This document shows positions 34,601 to 42,647 of a DNA stretch of 42,647 bases, piece by piece; positions within the stretch are counted from its first letter, which is position 1, and each line of letters starts with the position of its first letter. The notes beneath the pieces are model-generated. The model saw only the letters and a list, made by a program, of their open reading frames with translations. It was not told the DNA's origin and made no database searches. This stretch comes from a virus. Its lineage: Duplodnaviria; Heunggongvirae; Uroviricota; Caudoviricetes. The stretch is from the IMG/VR virus record IMGVR_UViG_3300028797_000097; one strand, written 5' to 3'. Both the position numbers and the translations under genes were made by a program.

Positions 34601-36042
34601 TATTCGAACTTCAACATTCTTGGTTTGTAGAAAACTTTTAATTTATCTAGTTCTCTTAATACAACCTTGTCAATATCGTTAATGTCTGCATCAAGGTCAG
34701 CAATATGCTTACGATAATCGTTAATATCTTTATTCATTTTATCTTGATCAATTTGCTGAATTGCTATAATTTTTAAGTCACAGATATATTTTGCTGCTTC
34801 AATAGCTCGCTTTGTTCCTTTAATTTGCGGCATATTTTCTGCAATATAATCTACTGGACTCTTTGATTTCAATGCTTCCATGATAATATTGATATGTTTA
34901 GAGGCAAGCAGTCTGAGATATGCATTCCAGCATTTATTTTCATATACTGTTTTTTCTGCAATACACATCTTTGTTTCGACTTCTCTTCGCCAGTCTAACC
35001 ATTTTTGCATGAGTTCAAGGACATTCGTAGAAATAATCTTTGTATCAATGTCTTTTTCTTCAGAAGTAGACTTTGTTCTTTCAACTGCATAATATCTGTA
35101 AGACTGAGACTTGATTAAATGCTTATGAATCTTAGATTCAAAATCTTCTTCATTCTTAAACATTACTTCAAGTTTACAAGTCTGGTCTTTTGTTGCAGAG
35201 TCATTGACATAAAGAACAACGCCATCATCAATCAGTTCCATCATTTTCTTAATGAATGTATCAGGACTAAATCCAGGGCAATAACCTGTAATTGTTAATA
35301 ACCAGTTACGTTTATCTTTCTGAATCGTATACTCACATTCATATCTGATAGAACCTTCACCATTTTCATAAAGTGCTTTAATTTCTTCAGGAGTAGAAAT
35401 AATCTTACCACCATAGCAATAATCAGGTCCTTTAATATATTTTACAACATCTTTAATTGTTGCATCTTTTCCTTTCTTAATTAATGCTTTAAGTGCACCA
35501 ACTACTTCTTCAAGATTATGTGACGGGATATTACAGCTAATACCAACAGCAATACCAGAACAAGAGTTTACAAAGAAATATGGGAATCTTGTTGGAATAA
35601 TAACTGGTTCTTTAAATTCACCAGTATAGTTCGGAACAAAATCAGCAACGTCCATACATTCAAGCATTTTCATACCAACATTGGAAATCTTTGCTTCTGT
35701 ATATCTTGAACTAGCTGCATCGTTTCTTAAGTCACCCCAGTTTCCTTGGCCAAAAATAGGAGCATATTCTGTATTAACCATTGTAACCAATGCACCATAG
35801 GAATCAGCATGTGGTGAATATCTACCCATACAGTCACCAGTAATTCTGGCAGACTTAATTGTCTTGGTATTTGCGTATGCATGAAGGTCATCAGCAGTTC
35901 TGAGAAGTCTTCTTTGAACTGGTTTCAAACCATCACGGTAATCTGGAATTGCTCTATCTTCAATAACAGAAATACCGTATTCATACATGTTTTTAGAAGT
36001 TAATTCTGTAGCATTTAATTCTTTTGCTTCAATAGTCTTCAT
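34600..36042 (-). CDS. Type IIA topoisomerase subunit A (GyrA/ParC-like, no C-terminal pinwheel)
   Basis: RAIPD.RDGLKPVQRR, KSAR, PH.D, GQGNWG, RYTE catalytic Tyr, GIAVG. Confidence 0.93.
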   Translation of the reverse strand: MKTIEAKELNATELTSKNMYEYGISVIEDRAIPDYRDGLKPVQRRLLRTADDLHAYANTKTIKSARITGDCMGRYSPHADSYGALVTMVNTEYAPIFGQGNWGDLRNDAASSRYTEAKISNVGMKMLECMDVADFVPNYTGEFKEPVIIPTRFPYFFVNSCSGIAVGISCNIPSHNLEEVVGALKALIKKGKDATIKDVVKYIKGPDYCYGGKIISTPEEIKALYENGEGSIRYECEYTIQKDKRNWLLTITGYCPGFSPDTFIKKMMELIDDGVVLYVNDSATKDQTCKLEVMFKNEEDFESKIHKHLIKSQSYRYYAVERTKSTSEEKDIDTKIISTNVLELMQKWLDWRREVETKMCIAEKTVYENKCWNAYLRLLASKHINIIMEALKSKSPVDYIAENMPQIKGTKRAIEAAKYICDLKIIAIQQIDQDKMNKDINDYRKHIADLDADINDIDKVVLRELDKLKVFYKPRMLKFE

Positions 36043-36043
36043 A

Positions 36044-37930
36044 TTAATTAATACCTAATAATTCCTTTCTAAACGTAGATTCTGCACCCATAATCTTATT
36101 GATAACTTCTGGAAGATTATCAGTCCATTTTAACTGCATAAGATGTCTGGATTCTGGATTGAGACAAAGTTCATTTAACTGTTCTGGATTTGTTTCTCCC
36201 CATCCCTTCATACGTAATAATGTATAATCTTTAGTACCAAGTTTCTTCATCTTAGAATCAACTTCTGCTCTTGTCATTCCGTAAACTTTATTTTTTGCAG
36301 AAGATGCAATGAACAATGGTGCATCAATAATATACAAGTGACCATTCTTAATCAAATCTGGCATATAGTTAACAAAGAATGAAAGAACAAGGCACTGAAT
36401 ATGAGATCCGTCAACATCAGAGTCAGCAAGAATAATTACTTTACCAAATCTAAGGTTATATTCATTATAATTCTCTTGAACACCACAACCTAATGCAGCA
36501 ACAAGGTCCTTAATTTCTCTGTTACCAGTCTGTTCTTTTTCACCTTTCTTAACTTTCTTACCAAACAAATCTTCATTAGAAGCTTTTTCTGCATTAATAA
36601 TTTTACCTCTAATCTTAAGACATGCTTGGTTACTTAAACGTGCTTTAGGGAAGTGACCACCTGCTGAATCACCTTCAACGATGAACAATTCACAGTCTAA
36701 AGGATTCTTGAACTTTCTTCTATCAGCATCAAGGAACTTGTCAGAAATCTTGTGTGCGGCTTTGTTTAAGGCATTTAATCCTTTAGCCATATCTTTATCA
36801 GCCTTTGCTCTTTCTCGCTGTGCAAGGCGTGTTTCTGCGTAATCTACGATAGTCTTAAGAAGTTCCTTATTCTTTTTAAAGAATTTTTCAAAAGCAGGAG
36901 TTAACTTATCGATAATTTCACCTTCAACAGAAGTATTAGTCAATTCATTCTTGGTTTGACCTTGATACTGAGGTTCTGCCATTTTGTGGTGAATAGCTCC
37001 GACAATTCCTTCCATAATGTCATCAGGAAGAATCTTTTTCTTAGAATTAGCCTTGACGAAATTACAGAGTGCTTTCTTCAAACCATTAAGATGCGTACCA
37101 CCTTGATCAGTATAGCAAACGTTTACGAACGATTTAAAGCTATAACCATCCCGTTTTGTGAAGTTAAGAACAACATCTGTATAATCGTCTTGGAAACTAA
37201 ATATTGTATCATGTTCGAGGTCCTTGGAAACAAGTTCTACAAGGCCATTCTGAGAGAAATAAGTAGTTTCTACATCATCAATAATCAAATGGATTTCAAG
37301 ATTTGGACAGAGATATTGAATATCGCTAAGTTCATGCTTAAGTCTATGAATATCAAGGTCAGTGCCATCTGTAAATATTGTTCCATCAGGAATCCAGGAA
37401 ACAATTGTTCCAGTTTTCTTGATTAATCCAGTATACTTTTCAGGAAGTTTTGTCTTTTCAACTTCTGAAGTAATCTTACCTTTTTCAAAAGTCTGTGTAT
37501 GCCATTTCTTATCTTTTGCATTATTTGACCAGACTTGAAGTTTTGTGCTCAATGCTGCGATTGCTTTCTGACCAATACCGTTAAGACCAGAAGATGTAGC
37601 ATAGTTTTGCTTGTCAAACTTACCACCAGCATGTAATTGAGTAAAAACGAGGGTCAAAGAGTCTTGTTGGGCTTTTTCGTTCCAACCTACTGGAATTCCT
37701 CTACCATTATCCAAAACTGTGGTTTCTTTAGTTTTTGTATTATAAAAAATATACAAAACGTTGTTGAATCCAGCCAGATATTCGTCGATTGCATTATCTG
37801 CAGCTTCTCTTAATAATCTGTATAAACCTTGAGAAGGATTTCCAGAAACTGCACCAATATACATGGTCGGACGCTTTCTAACTGTTTCCAAACCTTTTAA
37901 AAAATCAATACTATTTGCTGAATATTCCAT
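36044..37930 (-). CDS. Type IIA topoisomerase subunit B (GyrB/ParE-like)
   Basis: VRKRPTMYIG, E..DNAIDE, DNGRGIP, LHAGGKF, EGDSA, DSDVDG TOPRIM motif. Confidence 0.95.
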   Translation of the reverse strand: MEYSANSIDFLKGLETVRKRPTMYIGAVSGNPSQGLYRLLREAADNAIDEYLAGFNNVLYIFYNTKTKETTVLDNGRGIPVGWNEKAQQDSLTLVFTQLHAGGKFDKQNYATSSGLNGIGQKAIAALSTKLQVWSNNAKDKKWHTQTFEKGKITSEVEKTKLPEKYTGLIKKTGTIVSWIPDGTIFTDGTDLDIHRLKHELSDIQYLCPNLEIHLIIDDVETTYFSQNGLVELVSKDLEHDTIFSFQDDYTDVVLNFTKRDGYSFKSFVNVCYTDQGGTHLNGLKKALCNFVKANSKKKILPDDIMEGIVGAIHHKMAEPQYQGQTKNELTNTSVEGEIIDKLTPAFEKFFKKNKELLKTIVDYAETRLAQRERAKADKDMAKGLNALNKAAHKISDKFLDADRRKFKNPLDCELFIVEGDSAGGHFPKARLSNQACLKIRGKIINAEKASNEDLFGKKVKKGEKEQTGNREIKDLVAALGCGVQENYNEYNLRFGKVIILADSDVDGSHIQCLVLSFFVNYMPDLIKNGHLYIIDAPLFIASSAKNKVYGMTRAEVDSKMKKLGTKDYTLLRMKGWGETNPEQLNELCLNPESRHLMQLKWTDNLPEVINKIMGAESTFRKELLGIN

Positions 37931-38030
37931 AATTTTTAACCGTTTTCTACAAATATAGTAAAAAATAACGTCTTATTTATGTAAATTGTAAAAAATTTTG
38001 AACATTATTATGAAAAACTATAAATAATGT

Positions 38031-38852
38031 ATGAAATCCATTTGGAATAATACCTTTTATAATACCCAACCAGCTCTTGCTTGGACATTTGAACTTTCAT
38101 TTGATGAATATTATGAAGGCGATAATAATGAAAATGCTGCAGGATTAAACAGATTTGCCCAAGCAGCAGTTGATATATCTGTAGGTAAACGTGAAAGTGA
38201 ATATGTTAGCGTTTATTATGGCGGTGTTGAATTTAAGAAATTAACTCGTGCGCAAAATACTGGAACTTTTACAATAAAATTTAACGAAGATAAATTTTAT
38301 ACAATTACTGGTATTCTTGAAAATATTTACAATAATGATAATTTAAATCAAAACTATTTTGATGCAGGAACGCATGTATATAATTGGCCTACTATAGGAA
38401 CAAGAAAAATTGTAGTTAAGATGTATGACCCAAATACAATGCATGTAGATCCAAATCCTGTAGTTTCTTATGAATTTTATAATTGTCATATTATGAGTAT
38501 TGACGATGCAAGTTTATCATATGAAAGCAGTGATACTATAACAAGATCTGTAACATTTGTATATGACTATATGAAATATAGAGATTTCAGAGCTGAAGCT
38601 GCTAAAGAACAAAGAAAGAAAGAAGCAGAAGAGCAAGCTAAGAAATCTGCGGAGAAGAAGGCAGAATTAGCAGCAACACGTCAGGATAGAGTTAAAGAAA
38701 TGGGTGTTTTGGGTATGATTGCTGCAAATGAACAAAATTGGAATAATGCTACAGCATTAGCTGATGAAGAATTAGATAGAGATATTCAAAATCAAAAAGC
38801 ATATACTAATATGCAGGCAAGTCGTGGCGGTTATCGTGGAGGACATAGATAA
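38031..38852 (+). CDS. Tail tube-like protein (T4 gp19/gp54 fold) with helical C-terminal extension
   Basis: Late promoter at 38019; YYGG....GTFTIKF...YEFYNC...LSYE......VTF.YD. Confidence 0.65.
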   Translation: MKSIWNNTFYNTQPALAWTFELSFDEYYEGDNNENAAGLNRFAQAAVDISVGKRESEYVSVYYGGVEFKKLTRAQNTGTFTIKFNEDKFYTITGILENIYNNDNLNQNYFDAGTHVYNWPTIGTRKIVVKMYDPNTMHVDPNPVVSYEFYNCHIMSIDDASLSYESSDTITRSVTFVYDYMKYRDFRAEAAKEQRKKEAEEQAKKSAEKKAELAATRQDRVKEMGVLGMIAANEQNWNNATALADEELDRDIQNQKAYTNMQASRGGYRGGHR

Positions 38853-39451
38853 TGGAAAGCATATTTCAAAATAGTAATTTTTATAATTTATCTGACCCAC
38901 AATCAACATGGCTTTATGATGTAGCTTTTTATAGTGTAAAAAATAATTCAAGTAATGCATATTTTATTGATTGGTGTAATAAGAATATTATAATTACAAA
39001 TATTGGATTACCATCATATCGTACTGAAATAGTTACCAAAAAATATTTCGGTTCTGAAAAATCATATCCAGTAGTTAGAACTTATGGCGGTGAATGCACA
39101 ATGCAATTTGATGTAAGAACTGAGGTTAGTGATATGGTTGGTATTGAAAAAGTAGCACAAATAGATTCTTTATATCATGTTACTGGCCAAGATTACTTAT
39201 TATATCACCCAGAATTGCAAATTGTAAATAATTCTGTATCATTTGAAAAGATTATTGTAAGATTGATAAATAAAACTGCTAGTTCAAAGGCAGAAAACGC
39301 AATTCAGTCTGAATATGAGTATAATAATTGTATTATAACAGACTTTGGTTTTAATGAAGAACTTAGTTATAACAGTGAATCTAAGTTAACTGGCAAATTA
39401 ACATTCCATTATGATATGTGGCACAAGAGAAAAGGTATAAATGGAGTATAA
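38852..39451 (+). CDS. Second tail tube-like protein
   Basis: LPSY.....KYFG....P....YGG...F; YEYNNC.I.......LSY......LTF.YD. Confidence 0.6.
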   Translation: MESIFQNSNFYNLSDPQSTWLYDVAFYSVKNNSSNAYFIDWCNKNIIITNIGLPSYRTEIVTKKYFGSEKSYPVVRTYGGECTMQFDVRTEVSDMVGIEKVAQIDSLYHVTGQDYLLYHPELQIVNNSVSFEKIIVRLINKTASSKAENAIQSEYEYNNCIITDFGFNEELSYNSESKLTGKLTFHYDMWHKRKGINGV

Positions 39452-39461
39452 TAAATAATAT

Positions 39462-39944
39462 ATGGATTATTACAATATTAATAACTATTTTAATAATTAT
39501 GGAACAGAAGATTCTGTTGACCAAGGTGCATATAACATTGGCCTTGATAAACTAGTATGTCCATGTTGCGGTAAGAAGTTACATCTTATTGATTCTATGA
39601 AAAAGGAATATGAAGGTGACGATTTGATCAAGGTTAACGAATCTGTTTTGACCGAAAATAAGCTTTCTGACTATCTTCTTGGAATTATTGAAGATGAAGC
39701 TAGAGCAATTTATGAGGACGAACTAGAAACAAACGAACCAGAAACCGATGAAATGGGAAATATTGTCGGTGAATATGGTGAAAGATTTTTATACGTTAAT
39801 AAAGACTTGAAAAAAATAGTTAAAATGAAGGCAAACGCAATTTCTAACATGGTAAAACATCAAGGAATTGAAGTTTCTCCATTTTATGTTGAAAATGAGC
39901 TTTTTCAGATGCTAAAATGCTATGGTTATACTGGAGAACGCTAA
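39462..39944 (+). CDS. Late acidic hypothetical protein with CPCCG motif
   Basis: AATAAATA-N4-ATG; CPCCG. Confidence 0.65.
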   Translation: MDYYNINNYFNNYGTEDSVDQGAYNIGLDKLVCPCCGKKLHLIDSMKKEYEGDDLIKVNESVLTENKLSDYLLGIIEDEARAIYEDELETNEPETDEMGNIVGEYGERFLYVNKDLKKIVKMKANAISNMVKHQGIEVSPFYVENELFQMLKCYGYTGER

Positions 39945-39995
39945 AAAATTCAAATTTTAATTATAAATAATATAAAATAACTAAAGGATTTTACT

Positions 39996-40625
39996 ATGAA
40001 AAACAGATTTGACACATTTAAAACCGCAGGTTGGTTGCTCGATGAGTCATATGACCCTATGAATTATATGACTGAAGCAGAAGAAGACGAAGAAACTGTT
40101 GCCGAAGAAGAGGAAGAAGATCTCGATACTGAAGATGAAGATTTAGATCTTGATGACGACACCGATGCAGGTGACGAAGATTTAGACCTTGATAATGATA
40201 CTGAAGTTGAAGAGGAAGAGGAAGATTCTGACCTTGATCCGACTGACATCGCTGGTCGTCTTGATGCAATCGAAGATAAGCTCGACGATATTGCTGACAA
40301 GAATGAACCTGATGAAGATGAAACATTTGACCTTGACCTTGCTAATCCAGTTTGTCCATGCTGTGGTGCTCGTTTAAATATATTGAACACTATCGCTGAT
40401 ACTGAAGAAATCGCAGCTGAAGGTGGTGACGAAGACGAAGAAAATACAGAAGATGAAGATATTTCTGCACTTCTCGCTGGCGAAACTCCTGAAGAAGACG
40501 TTGAAGGCGAAGGTGAAGATATTTCCACAATGGATGACAGTCTTGACGATGTTGACGGTTTAGGCTATGACGACAGCGAATATGTTTCGCTCGACGACGA
40601 AGCAGAAGACGAAGACGAAGACTAA
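39996..40625 (+). CDS. Extremely acidic late protein with CPCCG motif
   Basis: TATAAATA at 39962, AAGGA RBS, D/E-rich; terminator at about 40646-40675. Confidence 0.75.
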   Translation: MKNRFDTFKTAGWLLDESYDPMNYMTEAEEDEETVAEEEEEDLDTEDEDLDLDDDTDAGDEDLDLDNDTEVEEEEEDSDLDPTDIAGRLDAIEDKLDDIADKNEPDEDETFDLDLANPVCPCCGARLNILNTIADTEEIAAEGGDEDEENTEDEDISALLAGETPEEDVEGEGEDISTMDDSLDDVDGLGYDDSEYVSLDDEAEDEDED

Positions 40626-40718
40626 TTCTAATCGAAATTTTAAGAAATAACCAGAGTAATTCTGGTTATTTTTTTATTTTTTATGATATTAACATCAATT
40701 TAAAACTATAAATAATAC

Positions 40719-41186
40719 ATGAATAATATTATCGTTAATGGTGAGGACAATAAGCAGCTTGCATTGTATATTGGTAATAAAATTAGGAATTTTAAGACCA
40801 GTTATCCAATGAAAAGAGACTATTGTGGAGACATTAATGATGAACTTCGTGAAGAATTGTCATATGATGGTATCAGATGTAAACGAATTTATGGATTGTA
40901 TAAAGTAAATACGTTTATTGGTTGGCTTGATGAGGAAGATTTTACCGAAGAAGAGTTAGATGAGATTACCAAAAAATATGGCGGAACATATCGAGAAGAT
41001 TTAGAGGAATACGTAAAGAATTTACCAGAAGAAAAACAAAAAGAACATCTTTATATTCCACATGTTTTCTTGCAATGTAAGGAACTTATACTTGATGCCG
41101 CTTCAGATATGTTTAATGGATTTGGCACACATTCTAAATATAGATATTACTATGACAACTATTCACCTGTTATTGGAGTTAGATAA
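40719..41186 (+). CDS. Late hypothetical protein, possible transglutaminase/papain-like C-H-D triad
   Basis: YCG...HVFL...ILDA spacing; TATAAATA at 40707. Confidence 0.45.
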   Translation: MNNIIVNGEDNKQLALYIGNKIRNFKTSYPMKRDYCGDINDELREELSYDGIRCKRIYGLYKVNTFIGWLDEEDFTEEELDEITKKYGGTYREDLEEYVKNLPEEKQKEHLYIPHVFLQCKELILDAASDMFNGFGTHSKYRYYYDNYSPVIGVR

Positions 41187-42647
41187 ATGAGATTCTTAGA
41201 TTTATACGAAAGTGACAAGCCTAAGCAGAATGCTTCTGCAGAAAAGACGGATGATAATCAGAAGAAACAGGAAGCACCTGCTGAAACTATTACTATGGAC
41301 ACTATTATGAAAGACCTCGAGGGCTTTCATACTAATGTAGATAAACGAGTCGCATTTTTAAATAAGATTCACAAACCAGGACAGCAAAGTGACCGTGCAT
41401 TTACTTATGGTGGTGATGGTTCTGGTAGAGGAACAGGTGGTAAGTCTATTAGTTATACCGCTGATAGATTATCTAAACAGCCTTCTGAAGAATTTAGAAA
41501 AATCATGGATGTTATTAAGAGTCAGAGTGACTGGAAAGACAAGATAACATCATGTATTGACCGTGTTGAAAATTCTCAACAACAGCAGTATATTAAGGGT
41601 TATTTTATTCCTAAGTTGGAAGACCCAGGTATTAGATTAAATACCACAGCAAACCAGAAAGACTATCGTGTTCCTGGTGTTGAACAGTATGAACAATTTG
41701 GTAAAGCACTTGTTTTCTATTGCGGTAAGTGCGTAAGTAAATTAACAGATGCTGATGTAAAGATTGGTCCTGAAAAATTCAAACTTATTATGCAAGGTTG
41801 CTTTGGTGCTGCACCAGACCAAAACCGTGAAGATGATGATTTCTTAACACAGTTTAAAAATCTTGAAGCAAAATTAAAGATTGACGCTGCTAAGAATGTT
41901 ATTAACTCTATTCATGCCGCTGGTACTAAAGATATTCAGGGTATAAAGAATCCAAATGATATAGAAGCAGAATCATACTATACTGGTATGAGCTTCCTTG
42001 TTAAGAATAGATTGTTTGAAGCAGAAGAAGGTCAAGAATCATCTGGTGAAGAATCATCTGGTGAAGTTGAATGTCCTAAGGTTATTGATGACTTTAGTGC
42101 TGATGCTGCTACTGCATTAAAACAGGCAAAGGCAGTTTCTATAAAATATCCAAAACAGTATAAGCTTTGGTATGAAAAGTTACGTGGTGCTTTTGATAAG
42201 GGTGTTAAGGATTATCAAGAGAAGGAACGTTCTAAAGATTTGATGAAGAACGGCATTGAAAACCCAATTACTCATGAAATTGAATATAGAAATGGTAAGG
42301 CTTGGGGTGCTGGTGGTCCTAATGCATTCATTAGAAATAATCCAGACTTAGACGCTATTGTTAAAAAGATTAAACAAGGAACACCTGGATGCGAAGGTGT
42401 AAATGGTTGGGATATTTTCAACTGCGGGCCAAAACTTATTCTTACAATGTTTGATGCTTTGGAAAAAGGCGGTGAAATTTATCAGAAACTCTGTGATGAT
42501 TTAGCAGAAGGATCTAAGTTGATTGCACGTTCTCTTAATAAGACCAGACCTGAAGAATTTGATAAGCTTATTAAGCAATATGCAGAAAAGAAACAACACA
42601 ATAAGGCAATGGAAATTGCTATTAGTGGTGTTATGTTATCTTTGACT
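41187..42647 (+). CDS. Large hypothetical protein, probably virion-associated, 3'-truncated
   Basis: ATG at 41187 (MRFLDLYESDK...) appears open to the window end; absent from the ORF track, consistent with no stop codon in the window. Confidence 0.7.
   Translation, partial: MRFLDLYESDKPKQNASAEKTDDNQKKQEAPAETITMDTIMKDLEGFHTNVDKRVAFLNKIHKPGQQSDRAFTYGGDGSGRGTGGKSISYTADRLSKQPSEEFRKIMDVIKSQSDWKDKITSCIDRVENSQQQQYIKGYFIPKLEDPGIRLNTTANQKDYRVPGVEQYEQFGKALVFYCGKCVSKLTDADVKIGPEKFKLIMQGCFGAAPDQNREDDDFLTQFKNLEAKLKIDAAKNVINSIHAAGTKDIQGIKNPNDIEAESYYTGMSFLVKNRLFEAEEGQESSGEESSGEVECPKVIDDFSADAATALKQAKAVSIKYPKQYKLWYEKLRGAFDKGVKDYQEKERSKDLMKNGIENPITHEIEYRNGKAWGAGGPNAFIRNNPDLDAIVKKIKQGTPGCEGVNGWDIFNCGPKLILTMFDALEKGGEIYQKLCDDLAEGSKLIARSLNKTRPEEFDKLIKQYAEKKQHNKAMEIAISGVMLSLT

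Noticed and set aside
34600-37930. Calling the topoisomerase a true gyrase
   Set aside because: The A subunit is only 480 aa and lacks the C-terminal pinwheel/GyrA box needed for supercoiling.

Overview
Segment of a large T4-like (myovirus/jumbo-type) phage genome read with the standard genetic code. Evidence for this includes TATAAATA late promoters, a family-B DNA polymerase with a T4-type C-terminal clamp-binding tail, and gp13-, gp19- and gp68-like structural genes. From 1 to 11.5 kb there are small early-gene cassettes, most with their own sigma70-like promoter (TTTACA/TTGACA/GTTACA-N17-TATATT), plus a split NAD-dependent DNA ligase, a patatin and an SprT-like protease. From 12.0 to 20.4 kb lies the most striking feature: two divergently transcribed tandem arrays of unrelated small paralogous genes. 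The 11 minus-strand genes end in ...LLEEIDD and the 8 plus-strand genes end in ...PKGILKIP. They flank a non-coding, GC-rich, palindrome- and repeat-dense element that is a candidate origin or genome end. From 20.4 to 42.6 kb are two probable ADP-ribosyltransferase-fold late genes, DNA polymerase, IF-1, ClpP, SpoVG-like, DUF3310, a triple-domain GroES, HNH, neck protein, two type II topoisomerase subunits, tail-tube-like proteins and acidic head-associated proteins. Family assignments come from motif recognition by eye; no searches were run.
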